Positions 34,340 through 42,359 of a DNA stretch of 64,000 nucleotides are shown here, one piece after another. A model generated the notes under the pieces. The model made no database searches. It was not told the DNA's origin and saw only the letters and a list, made by a program, of their open reading frames with translations. This stretch comes from Candidatus Latescibacterota bacterium. GTDB taxonomy: Bacteria > Latescibacterota > UBA2968 > UBA8231. Within the stretch, counting starts at the first letter, position 1; every line of letters begins with the position of its first letter. A program made the translations under genes and the position numbers. The stretch is taken from NCBI GenBank assembly GCA_965243025.1, contig CBDETY010000003.1, positions 6,240,001 through 6,304,000 on the forward strand, read 5' to 3'.

Positions 34340-36637
34340 ATGTCAAAGCGCCTGGGTAACTGCGGGATAGCGGCGCTCGCCGCGGCGGTCTGCGGTTGCG
34401 CGGCCGATCCGGAAGATCCACAGGCCGCCGGGGACGGTCAACGCGCCGGCGCCCGGTTCCAGGCGGCGCTGGAGCTCATCCACCGGGGCGAGCTGGACTC
34501 CGGGGCCGTTGCCCTGCGGCAGGTTCTGCGCGCCGACACCGCGCACTACGAGGCGCGGCTCGGACTCGGCGAGATCCTGATGCGCCAGCGGAAGTTCCCG
34601 GAAGCGCTGCACGAGCTCGAGCGGGCGGTACGCAACGAACCAGGCCGGCCGGAGGCGCGGATGCAGCATGCCCGGGTGCTGGTGCTGCTCGAGCGCCGCG
34701 CCGAGGCGCGCGAGCTTCTCGCCGCACTGGTCGAGGACTTCCCGGACCGCGCCCGCCCCCGCATGATGCTGGCCGACCTGCTGATGACCCGGGCCCCTCC
34801 CGACCCGCAGGGGGCGCTGGAGCAGTACGAGGCGGTGCTGCGGAACAACCCGGGGGACTCCAGGGCCCGCGCCGGGGCGGCGGCGTCGCGGCTCCGTCTC
34901 GGCGATTTCGGGAGGGCCGCCGAGGAGATGAGCGGGCTGCTGGCGGCGAGCCCGGGCAAGATGCATCTCGCCTTTCTGCTCGGGACCGCTCATCACTGGC
35001 TGGGCGAGCACGAAGCCGCGGTCGCCGCTTACCGCAGGGCCCTCGACTCCATCCCGAAGGAGGGGGGCCGGCCGCAGCGCATGAAGTGGAACCTGCGCCT
35101 CGCCTGGCTCGCCCTGCACGGGGACTACCCGGGCGGCCTGCCGGCCGGGTACCGGCTTCAGGTGGCGGATCTCGGCGAGGAGAGCCCGGTGGCGTTCCGC
35201 GACGTCGCCGCGGCGCTCGGGGTGGCCAGACGCGACCGCGGCCGCGGCAACGCCTGGGGGGATTTCGACGGCGACGGCGATCTCGACCTGTTCAGCACCG
35301 GCATCCAGGTCCCCCATTCCCTCTACCGCAACGAATCGGGGACGGGCTTCACCGACGTCACCGCCGCCGCGGGCCTCGGGGATCCGCGCGGCGGCTGGAG
35401 CGCCACCGCCGTCGACTACGACAACGACGGCGACCTCGATCTCTACGCGACCCGCGACGCCTGGGAGGGGAAGGCCCCCAACTCCCTCTACCGCAACCTC
35501 GGGAACCTCCGTTTCGTCGAGATCAGCCAGGAAGCCGGAGTCGACGACCCGGACGACAGCTTCACCGCCGCCTGGGCCGACGTCGACAACGACGGCCGCG
35601 TCGATCTCTACGTCGCCGAGGGGATCACCGGCGGCGGCACTCCGAACAAGCTCTTCCTCAACCGCGGCGGCCGTTTCGAGGACGGGGCGGACCAGTTCGG
35701 GGTAGCGCACCCGGGCAAGTCGCTCGGCGCCGCGTTCGGCGACTACGACCGCGACGGGGACGTCGACCTCTACGTCGCCGACGTCGCCGGGCCGAACACC
35801 CTCTACCGCAACGAGTCGGGATCAGGCTTCACCGATATCACCCGGACCGCCGGGGTGGCCGGGCCGGAGGAGGGGGGGTACGTCGCCTTCTTCGCCGACT
35901 TCGACCGCGACGGCGCCATCGATCTGTTCGTCTCCTCGATGTGCTACTACGAGCAGTTCGTCGAGTCGCAGGTCGCCGGGACCTCGGTGGGGCGCAACCG
36001 CGCCCACCTCTACCGGAACCTCGGCGGGGACCGGTTCGCCGACGTCGCCCCCCAAGCCGGGATCTCCCGGAACTTCGGCACGATGGGGGCCGGCATCGGC
36101 GACGTCGACTACGACGGCCTCGTCGACCTGTACCTGGCGAACGGGGGCCCGGTCATGCCGCGGTTCGAGCCCAACATCCTCTACCACAACCGCGGGGACC
36201 GGTTTTCAGACGTCACCGAATCGGCCGGGGTCGGCAACCTCGGCAAGGGGCACGGAGCGACCTTCGCCGACTACGACGGCGACGGCGACCTCGACCTCTA
36301 CGCCGCCATCGGCGGACACTACCCGGGCGACCTGTGGCCGAACAGCCTCTACCGCAACGACGGGCGGGGATCGCACTGGCTCGCGGTCGAGCTGGAAGGA
36401 ACGCGATCGAACCGCAGCGCCGTCGGCGCGCAGGTAACCGTGCTTGCAGGGGGGCGGCAGCTTGTTGAAGAGGTGGCCAGCGGCGGCGGCTTCGGCACCA
36501 CCAACAGCCTGCCTCTGGAGTTCGGACTGGGTGCCGCGGAGGAGGTCTCCCGGATCGAGGTGCGCTGGCCCTCGGGTCAGACGACCGGGATCGACAATCC
36601 CGAAGTCGACGGCACCATCCGCATCCGCGAGGATTGA
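34340..36637 (+). CDS. Lipoprotein with TPRs, FG-GAP repeats and ASPIC/UnbV domain (CRTAC1 family)
   Basis: Lipobox-like VCGC; TPRs; repeated D[FYV]DxDGDxDL[FY]; C-terminal NRSAVGAQV...LEFGLG...IEVRWPSG. Confidence 0.9.
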   Translation: MSKRLGNCGIAALAAAVCGCAADPEDPQAAGDGQRAGARFQAALELIHRGELDSGAVALRQVLRADTAHYEARLGLGEILMRQRKFPEALHELERAVRNEPGRPEARMQHARVLVLLERRAEARELLAALVEDFPDRARPRMMLADLLMTRAPPDPQGALEQYEAVLRNNPGDSRARAGAAASRLRLGDFGRAAEEMSGLLAASPGKMHLAFLLGTAHHWLGEHEAAVAAYRRALDSIPKEGGRPQRMKWNLRLAWLALHGDYPGGLPAGYRLQVADLGEESPVAFRDVAAALGVARRDRGRGNAWGDFDGDGDLDLFSTGIQVPHSLYRNESGTGFTDVTAAAGLGDPRGGWSATAVDYDNDGDLDLYATRDAWEGKAPNSLYRNLGNLRFVEISQEAGVDDPDDSFTAAWADVDNDGRVDLYVAEGITGGGTPNKLFLNRGGRFEDGADQFGVAHPGKSLGAAFGDYDRDGDVDLYVADVAGPNTLYRNESGSGFTDITRTAGVAGPEEGGYVAFFADFDRDGAIDLFVSSMCYYEQFVESQVAGTSVGRNRAHLYRNLGGDRFADVAPQAGISRNFGTMGAGIGDVDYDGLVDLYLANGGPVMPRFEPNILYHNRGDRFSDVTESAGVGNLGKGHGATFADYDGDGDLDLYAAIGGHYPGDLWPNSLYRNDGRGSHWLAVELEGTRSNRSAVGAQVTVLAGGRQLVEEVASGGGFGTTNSLPLEFGLGAAEEVSRIEVRWPSGQTTGIDNPEVDGTIRIRED

Positions 36638-36663
36638 GATGCGATAGGGAGCGCAGTCGCGCC

Positions 36664-36744
36664 TGGGTCCCCGAAACGGCGGCACGCCTGGGATGCGAGC
36701 GAGGTACCCTTTCGCGTCTCCTGAATGGCAAGGCGGGAGTGTCC
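36664..36744 (+). pseudogene. Fragment of a HigA-family antitoxin (HTH)
   Basis: Translates as W..ETAARLGCERGTLSRLLNGKAGVS, a HigA-type HTH core. The N-terminus and the ALAL..W.RMQ C-terminus are missing. Confidence 0.6.
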
Positions 36745-36808
36745 GTTGGCGCCCACCGGGCAGCCCGGCAGATGGGCCGGGGGATCGGAAATCCTGCCCT
36801 GTCCTCGC

Positions 36809-38344
36809 TCAGTCCTCCAGATCCCGCAGAACCGCCGCCGCGGCGTTGTGCCCCGGGGCTCCGGTGACCTCTCCCCCCGGATGGGTCCCGGCCCCGCACA
36901 GGTAGAGCCCCGGAAGCGGGGTGCGGTAATCGGCCCACCCGGCCAGCGGCCGCTCGGCGAAGAACTGCTCCGGCACGATGTCGAGGTGGCGGATGTTGCC
37001 GTCGGTCAGGCCGACGCGGCGCTCGAGATCGACCGGCGTGAACAGCGACCAGTCGACGAGGATGTCGCGCAGGTTGGGGGCGTACCGGCGCAGGGCGTCG
37101 ATCAGCTGCTCCCCCACCTCCTGCCGCCGCTCGTCCCACGTGCCCTCGGCCAACCTCACCGGGGCGTAGCTGACCCACACCGACATCACGTGGTGCCCCG
37201 GGGGCGCCACGGTCGGGTCGTAGACCGACGGTATCTGCACCTCCATCACCGGGCTGCGCGACGGCTGCCCCCGGCAGGCGTCGTTCCAGCTGCTCCGGTA
37301 GTAGTCCATCGACGGACAGATCTTGATCTCGGCGAGGCAGCGGGGGTCGAAGCCGTCGCCGAGGTGCGCGGAAAAGTCGGGCAGGCCGCTGAGCGCGGCG
37401 TGGAACTTGAGGTAGGCCGCCCGGGTCTTCAGGCGGCTGACGCGGTCGAGGAAACCGGCGTCGATCCCGCCCTCGGGCACGAGCCCGAGAAAGGTGCGCT
37501 TCGGGTCGGCGTTCGACAGGACGACGCGGCTGCGGTACTCGCTGCCGTCCCGCAGGACCACCCCGCGGGCGCGGCCGCCGGCGACCAGGATGCGGTCGAC
37601 CTCGGCCCCTGTCTTCAGGATCGCCCCCCGGCTGCGGGCCGAGCCCGCCATCGCCCGGGTGATGCCCCCCATGCCGCCGCGCACGAGGCCGACGTTCTCC
37701 GGCCGGTTGAGGGCCGAGGTCCTGATGTGGGCGTAGCACCAGGCGCCGCCGGGGGCGTCGAGGTCGCCGACGTCCTGGGCCTGGCTGTAGGTCCCGCGCA
37801 TCTGCTCGGACTCGAAGAACTCGCACAGCAGCTCCCCCATGCTGACCGTCAGGAGGCGCTCGAAGAAGGAGCGGTCCTCGACCGGCAACCCGGCGCGGAT
37901 GGCGTCGAGGGTCGGCGGCTCCCCGAGGTAGTAGGGGTGGATGATCGATGCGGCCCGGCGCCAGAAGGCGAGCCACTCCGGGAAGCGCTCGGCGTCGCGC
38001 CGGGAGACGCGGGCGATCTCCTCCCGGGTGCGCTCGAGGTCCTCCCAGATCAGCACGCGGCTGCCGTCGGGGAAGGGGGAGAACCGGGAGGGGTCGGCCG
38101 GGTAGACGTCGAAGCCGTGGGCGCGGAGCTCGAGGTCGTCGATCACCCGGTCCTGCAGCAGGTAGCAGATGTAGGAGCAGGCGGAGAACCGGTATCCCGG
38201 GAAAAGCTCCTCGGTGACGCAGGCTCCGCCGAGCAGGTGGCGCCGCTCGAGAAGCAGGACGTCGAGGCCGGCGCCGGCGAGGTAGCCGGAGGCGACCAGC
38301 CCGTTGTGCCCGCCGCCGAGGATTATGGCGTCGCAGTCGTTGAT
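36809..38344 (-). CDS. Phytoene dehydrogenase-like NAD(P)/FAD-dependent oxidoreductase, apparent ATC start
   Basis: The frame extends 66 codons beyond the ORF-track start to include DAIILGGGHNGLVAS.YLA and LERRHLLGGACVTEELFPGYRFS. C-terminal GLYLCGAGTHPGGEVTGAPGHNAA. AAGGAGG lies 5 nt before ATC. Confidence 0.85.
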   Translation of the reverse strand: MNDCDAIILGGGHNGLVASGYLAGAGLDVLLLERRHLLGGACVTEELFPGYRFSACSYICYLLQDRVIDDLELRAHGFDVYPADPSRFSPFPDGSRVLIWEDLERTREEIARVSRRDAERFPEWLAFWRRAASIIHPYYLGEPPTLDAIRAGLPVEDRSFFERLLTVSMGELLCEFFESEQMRGTYSQAQDVGDLDAPGGAWCYAHIRTSALNRPENVGLVRGGMGGITRAMAGSARSRGAILKTGAEVDRILVAGGRARGVVLRDGSEYRSRVVLSNADPKRTFLGLVPEGGIDAGFLDRVSRLKTRAAYLKFHAALSGLPDFSAHLGDGFDPRCLAEIKICPSMDYYRSSWNDACRGQPSRSPVMEVQIPSVYDPTVAPPGHHVMSVWVSYAPVRLAEGTWDERRQEVGEQLIDALRRYAPNLRDILVDWSLFTPVDLERRVGLTDGNIRHLDIVPEQFFAERPLAGWADYRTPLPGLYLCGAGTHPGGEVTGAPGHNAAAAVLRDLED

Positions 38345-38482
38345 GTCGGCCTCCTTGTCGATACGGTGGGCTGCGGGGATTTCGGCTTCAGGACGGCATC
38401 ACCCCGACGTGCGACCAGGACTGGCGGTCCGGGGGAAAGTTTCACCACGCCCGGGCAAAGCCCGACGCCGTGTGAAAGCAGC

Positions 38483-39010
38483 TCACGAATCCTTCTGTTG
38501 GGGAAGCAGTTCCTCGACGAGGAATTGCGTCTTCGGCGGGATCATCCGTTTCGGATAAAACCTCTCGACGATGCCGAACACGTCGTCCGGCTTCCGCAGG
38601 TGCAAATACTCGACCAGGAACTTCACGTCATCCAGGTCGTGGCCGTCGAAGCGGGCGGCGATGCATTTCATCGCCAGCATGTATCCGGCGGTCGGAGCCC
38701 ACACGCGCAGGTTCGGCAGGTCCAACAGGTTTTGCCGCGGGGGGTCGGCATGGAAGAAGGCTTTTGCCGCGTCGTTCAACCAGTCCTCGGGAACCCCATG
38801 GCGTGCGGCGACAACCTTGGCCGCAGTCCTGATCTCCTCGGCGGGCTCGAAGATCGCGTCGACGTCCTTCGTGGCGCGCCGGGCCTGAAAGACCAGGCAC
38901 ATCACCGCTCCCCCGCAGATCCCCACCTCTCCGACGACGTCCCTCTTGGCCAGCTCCTCGTCGAGGGCGGCGAAGAGCTCCCCGATGCGCTCGACGGTGA
39001 GCACGGTCAC
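38483..39010 (-). CDS. DUF6036-like nucleotidyltransferase (putative toxin)
   Basis: GTG start overlapping the upstream stop. ICGGAVM...RRATKDVDAIF, DWLNDAA, YMLAMKCIAAR...DLDD. Confidence 0.75.
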   Translation of the reverse strand: MTVLTVERIGELFAALDEELAKRDVVGEVGICGGAVMCLVFQARRATKDVDAIFEPAEEIRTAAKVVAARHGVPEDWLNDAAKAFFHADPPRQNLLDLPNLRVWAPTAGYMLAMKCIAARFDGHDLDDVKFLVEYLHLRKPDDVFGIVERFYPKRMIPPKTQFLVEELLPQQKDS

Positions 39011-39573
39011 GCCCTCGCGAGGAAGTCGGCGAGCACGAAGATGTTCCGCCTGCGGAAGCGGGCCGGAGATTCCACCAGGGCCAGCGCCTTGAGGTTCTCG
39101 ACACCGGCCACGAACCAGGGGGCCGGCAGGATACCGGCCCCAGCGCACCACCACGGCGCCGGAAGGCGGTGTTCCGCGCACAGCGCTTCGACCGTCGAGG
39201 CCAGCAGGCAGCGGATCCGATCGCTGGTTTCTGCGGCCGGGGGATCGGCCACAAGCTCCTCGGAAGGGGACCGGCGGAAGGCATCGACGAACTCGAACAG
39301 CCAGAGTTTCCAGCTTGCGTCCCCGTCCGCGGAGATCCTCCGGGAGATCCCGATGACGGAGTCGGGATCTTCCGATATCAGACGGTCCAGTCCGGCCTGG
39401 ACGACCGGGGCCGGGGTTCCCAGGGCAGAGGCGATCTTGACCAGGCTCGACAGCCGCGGATCGGTCTGGCCTGCTTCGATCATCTGCAGGGACCGGAAGC
39501 TCACGCCAGCCTGCATGGCGAGCCGGCGCTGCGACATGCCCCGGCTCTCTCTCCTGTTCCTGATTCCCTCCAT
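39007..39573 (-). CDS. XRE-family HTH protein with uncharacterised C-terminal domain (putative antitoxin/autorepressor)
   Basis: IRNRRESRGMSQRRLA..AGVSFRSLQMIEAGQTDPRLSSL.KIA.ALG; C-terminal LASTVEALC...P.W...LPAPWFV...ESPARFRRRNIFV. Confidence 0.8.
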   Translation of the reverse strand: MEGIRNRRESRGMSQRRLAMQAGVSFRSLQMIEAGQTDPRLSSLVKIASALGTPAPVVQAGLDRLISEDPDSVIGISRRISADGDASWKLWLFEFVDAFRRSPSEELVADPPAAETSDRIRCLLASTVEALCAEHRLPAPWWCAGAGILPAPWFVAGVENLKALALVESPARFRRRNIFVLADFLARA

Positions 39574-39588
39574 CGACAGGAAACTCCA

Positions 39589-39608
39589 TGACGCAATGTA
39601 TTGCGTCA
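39589..39608. promoter_or_regulatory. Palindromic operator overlapping a -35 element upstream of the HTH-NTase pair
   Basis: TGACGCAAT-GT-ATTGCGTCA (perfect 9-bp arms). The minus strand reads TTGACG-N17-GAGTTT-N7-ATG. Confidence 0.7.
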
Positions 39609-39642
39609 AGTAGGACAGGAGATGCGGCCGGCCGGTACTGAT

Positions 39643-40557
39643 TCAGCGGGGGTAGAAGAACCCGGCCACGGGACTGTACCCGTGCCGCCGCCGGCCGGGC
39701 AGCGGAAGGGCTTCGACCAGGAACGGGTGCAGGTCCCCGGTCAGCAGGGGGACAAGCAGCTCCGCGGTTGCCGGTTTCTTCGAGCGCGCCGCGACGTGGA
39801 GGGGATGGCCGCGGTCGAGGTCGAGCCGCCGCGAAACGGCCAGCCCGCGGTCCTGGAAGGAAGCCGAGGCGACGAAATACCGCATCCCCAGGGTCCGTTC
39901 CTGCTGCAGGGGTTGCCGCCGCCGCGGGCCGGGGGCGCACTCGAAACGGGCCAGCCCGCAGCACTCGAGGTCGCTGGCGACCATGCGCAGGCAGACCTCC
40001 TCGGGCCAGACCCCGTAGCGGGCGCACAGGTCGGCCACCCTTTCGGCGCCGAAGCCGCCCTCGACGAGATCGGCCTCGAAGAGGTCGGCCGGCATCAGGA
40101 ATTCGAGGGCGGCGGCGTCGCACAGTCTCTCCAGCCGACCGTCCGGCTCGAACAGCCGGGGCCTGCGGCGGCTCAACAGGGGATTCTCCCGGAAATCGGG
40201 AAACAGGGTGTGGGCGATTTCGTGGAAGAGGTTGAAACGGGTGCGCGCGTCCCCGCCGTCCCGGTAGAGGATCGTCGGCCTGTCCCGGGACCGGCAGAGC
40301 AGTGCCGGGTGGGGGGAGGCGGACGGGGTGTCCATCCTGACGCAACGGATCCCCAGGGCCTGGGCCACCAGCAGCGGGTCGTACGGCGGCGGCGACCAGT
40401 CCGGATCGACGCGGCGCAGCAGATCCTCCGCCTCGGCCAGGGCGGCGCGCGCCCTGGCGCGGACCATGTCGAGGGCGGCCCGCTCCTCCGCCTGTTCCCG
40501 CCCCGGGGCTCCGGGGCCCGCCCCGAGGGCAGTCGCCCGCCCCGGCGTCTCAGCCAT
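39643..40557 (-). CDS. ImmA/IrrE (COG2856) family zinc metallopeptidase, IrrE/CapP-like
   Basis: PPYDP..VAQALGI, RTRFNLFHEIAH (HExxH), ERLCDAAALEFLMP, an HTH-like segment and a roughly 100-aa C-terminal domain. Overlaps the upstream HTH gene by 8 nt. Confidence 0.88.
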   Translation of the reverse strand: MAETPGRATALGAGPGAPGREQAEERAALDMVRARARAALAEAEDLLRRVDPDWSPPPYDPLLVAQALGIRCVRMDTPSASPHPALLCRSRDRPTILYRDGGDARTRFNLFHEIAHTLFPDFRENPLLSRRRPRLFEPDGRLERLCDAAALEFLMPADLFEADLVEGGFGAERVADLCARYGVWPEEVCLRMVASDLECCGLARFECAPGPRRRQPLQQERTLGMRYFVASASFQDRGLAVSRRLDLDRGHPLHVAARSKKPATAELLVPLLTGDLHPFLVEALPLPGRRRHGYSPVAGFFYPR

Positions 40558-40963
40558 GGCGGCCCCCGGTGGTCTCCTTGAGAATCCCGTAGACCAGGGC
40601 CCACTGCTCCTTGGTGGCCGGTCTTCCGCCCTTGAGCTGCACCACGGACAGCGACTCGATCTCCTCCGGTTCCAGGGGGGAGCCGAGCCGCTTGCGCTCG
40701 TTGATGAAGGCGCGCAATCCCTCGTTCACCTCCGGCTGAATCGAGGTCGCGGGGTTACCGGAGCGCTCCTTGCCCATCAGATCGGCGATCGTCACCCCGA
40801 GGGCGTCGGCGATCTTCCACAGGGTCTCGGCTCCCGGCCGCTTGCTGTTGCCGCTTTCGATCTCCCACAGAAAGGCCTTGGAAACCCCGGCCCGGGAGGC
40901 GAGCTCGGGCAGGGTCAGACTGCGTAACTGTCTGTAATTCTTGATGTTTTCACCGATGTCCAT
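40550..40963 (-). CDS. XRE-family repressor, DdrO/CapH-like
   Basis: N-terminal HTH (LTLPELASRAGVSKAFLWEIESG...P..ETLWKIADALGV). The C-terminal LSVVQLKGGRPATKEQWALVY resembles the DdrO dimerisation/cleavage domain. Confidence 0.88.
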   Translation of the reverse strand: MDIGENIKNYRQLRSLTLPELASRAGVSKAFLWEIESGNSKRPGAETLWKIADALGVTIADLMGKERSGNPATSIQPEVNEGLRAFINERKRLGSPLEPEEIESLSVVQLKGGRPATKEQWALVYGILKETTGGRHG

Positions 40964-41090
40964 GTTGCCGTCTCCGGCGGGATGTCAGCGGCGGCAAAAC
41001 CCGGTCCGCCGCCGGTATGGGAAGAAGGGTACTGCCGGGAGGTTAACAATCGCAAACCGAAAATCGATTCCGGTCCGCGGAAAAGAACCA

Positions 41091-41119
41091 TTGCCGATGC
41101 GTCATTGATAGCGTACTAT
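41091..41119 (+). promoter_or_regulatory. Sigma-70-type promoter of the small HTH gene
   Basis: TTGCCG (41091-41096), 17-bp spacer, TACTAT (41114-41119), in an AT-rich island. Confidence 0.65.
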
Positions 41120-41129
41120 TTTCATATCA

Positions 41130-41145
41130 GTTCGCTATAGCGAAC
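41130..41145. promoter_or_regulatory. Perfect 16-bp palindromic operator
   Basis: GTTCGCTATAGCGAAC just downstream of the -10 element; degenerate copies at 41042-41057 and 41101-41116. Confidence 0.75.
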
Positions 41146-41169
41146 CTCAAACAAGGGAGGCAATAGTTC

Positions 41170-41364
41170 ATGGTCAAGGTCGAGCGTGAGCGGATCGAGC
41201 TGGCAGCGAGGATCTACCGCACGAGCAAGGATGCGGGAACGGCGCTCGGGATCGCGCCCCAGAGCTTCTCCCGGCTGTGCCGGACCTACGGGATCCTCAC
41301 CCCCGCTGCGAGGCGGCGGAACCGCCGGGCGGGGCGGGGCGCTTCGAGATCCGCGGGGGAGTGA
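41170..41364 (+). CDS. Small basic HTH-like protein (64 aa), Cro/Fis-like
   Basis: Strong RBS AAGGGAGG at 41153-41160. SKDAGTALGIAPQSFSRLCRTYGI has an HTH pattern. Stop overlaps the next GTG. Confidence 0.75.
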   Translation: MVKVERERIELAARIYRTSKDAGTALGIAPQSFSRLCRTYGILTPAARRRNRRAGRGASRSAGE

Positions 41365-42359
41365 GGTCCGGGGCGGTGCCTCTCGTCGTCGCCGAGGACC
41401 TGGTCAAGACCTACCGCGTCGCGGAACGGCGGGCCGGACTGTGGGGGGCGGTCCGCGGCATCGCCCGCAGGCGGCACCGCACCGTGCGGGCCCTCGACGG
41501 GGTCTCCTTCGCCCTCGAAGCGGGGGAGCTGGTGGGCTGTATCGGACCGAACGGGGCAGGCAAGTCGACGACGGTGAAGCTGCTGTCCGGCATCGTCGTC
41601 CCCGACAGCGGGCGCTGCGAGATCGCCGGCAGGGTGCCGTGGCGCGAGCGCAGCGCCCACGTCGCCGGCATCGGCGTGGTGTTCGGGCAGCGCACCCAGC
41701 TCTGGTGGGACCTCCCCGTCGTCGAGTCGTTCGACCTGCTCCGGCATATCTACAAGGTGGAGGCCGGGGCGTACCGGCGCCGCCTCGAAGAGCTGGTGGG
41801 AGTGCTCGAGATCGGACCGCTTCTCGACGTGCCGGTACGACAGCTGAGCCTCGGGCAGCGGATGCGCTGCGACCTCGCCGCGGCGCTCCTGCACGACCCG
41901 GCGCTGCTGTTCCTCGACGAGCCGACCATCGGCCTCGACGCGGTCTCCAAGCTCGCCGTGCGCGGCTTCGTCAGGCGCCTGAACCGCGAGCGCGGCACCA
42001 CGGTGATCCTGACCACCCACGACATGGACGACGTCGAGGCGCTGTGCTCCCGGGTGATGGTGATCGGCCGCGGCCGCATCCTCATGGACGGAACGGTGGC
42101 GGGGCTGCGGTCGCGGGTCTCCCCGGAGCGCCGTCTCGTCGTCGACCTCGAGGACGGGTGCGACTCCATCGGGGAAAGGGAGGCCCGGGTGGTGCGCCGC
42201 GAGGGGCGCCGCTGGCACCTGGGGTACGACCCCGCCCGCACCGCGACCGCGGAGCTGATCAGCCGCATAGCCGCCAACCACGGGGTTCGCGACCTGTTCG
42301 TCGGGAACCCGCCCATAGAGGAGATCGTCGCCGAGCTCTACGGGCAGGAGGGAATGTGA
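41361..42359 (+). CDS. ABC transporter ATP-binding protein (ABC-2 exporter)
   Basis: GPNGAGKST, VVFGQRTQLWWDLP, LSLGQRMR, LFLDEPTIGLD, ILTTHDM. Start is GTG 41361 or 41376. Confidence 0.93.
   Translation: MRSGAVPLVVAEDLVKTYRVAERRAGLWGAVRGIARRRHRTVRALDGVSFALEAGELVGCIGPNGAGKSTTVKLLSGIVVPDSGRCEIAGRVPWRERSAHVAGIGVVFGQRTQLWWDLPVVESFDLLRHIYKVEAGAYRRRLEELVGVLEIGPLLDVPVRQLSLGQRMRCDLAAALLHDPALLFLDEPTIGLDAVSKLAVRGFVRRLNRERGTTVILTTHDMDDVEALCSRVMVIGRGRILMDGTVAGLRSRVSPERRLVVDLEDGCDSIGEREARVVRREGRRWHLGYDPARTATAELISRIAANHGVRDLFVGNPPIEEIVAELYGQEGM

Noticed and set aside
35260-36300. Recurring GACxxCGACxxCGACGGCGAC DNA repeats as a CRISPR or repeat array
   Set aside because: They encode the FG-GAP protein repeats and show no repeat-spacer periodicity.
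38399-38401. TGA-TGC upstream of the oxidoreductase as a possible selenocysteine read-through
   Set aside because: There is no coding-like upstream frame or evident SECIS, and the Shine-Dalgarno before ATC explains the start better.
39574-39609. TTG start giving an MTQYIASW... N-terminal extension of the HTH protein
   Set aside because: That segment is the palindromic operator and -35 element. ATG 39573 directly precedes the HTH.
38483-41364. Prophage or ICE interpretation of the ImmA/ImmR-like pair
   Set aside because: No integrase, att-like repeats, phage structural genes or conjugation genes occur in the window.
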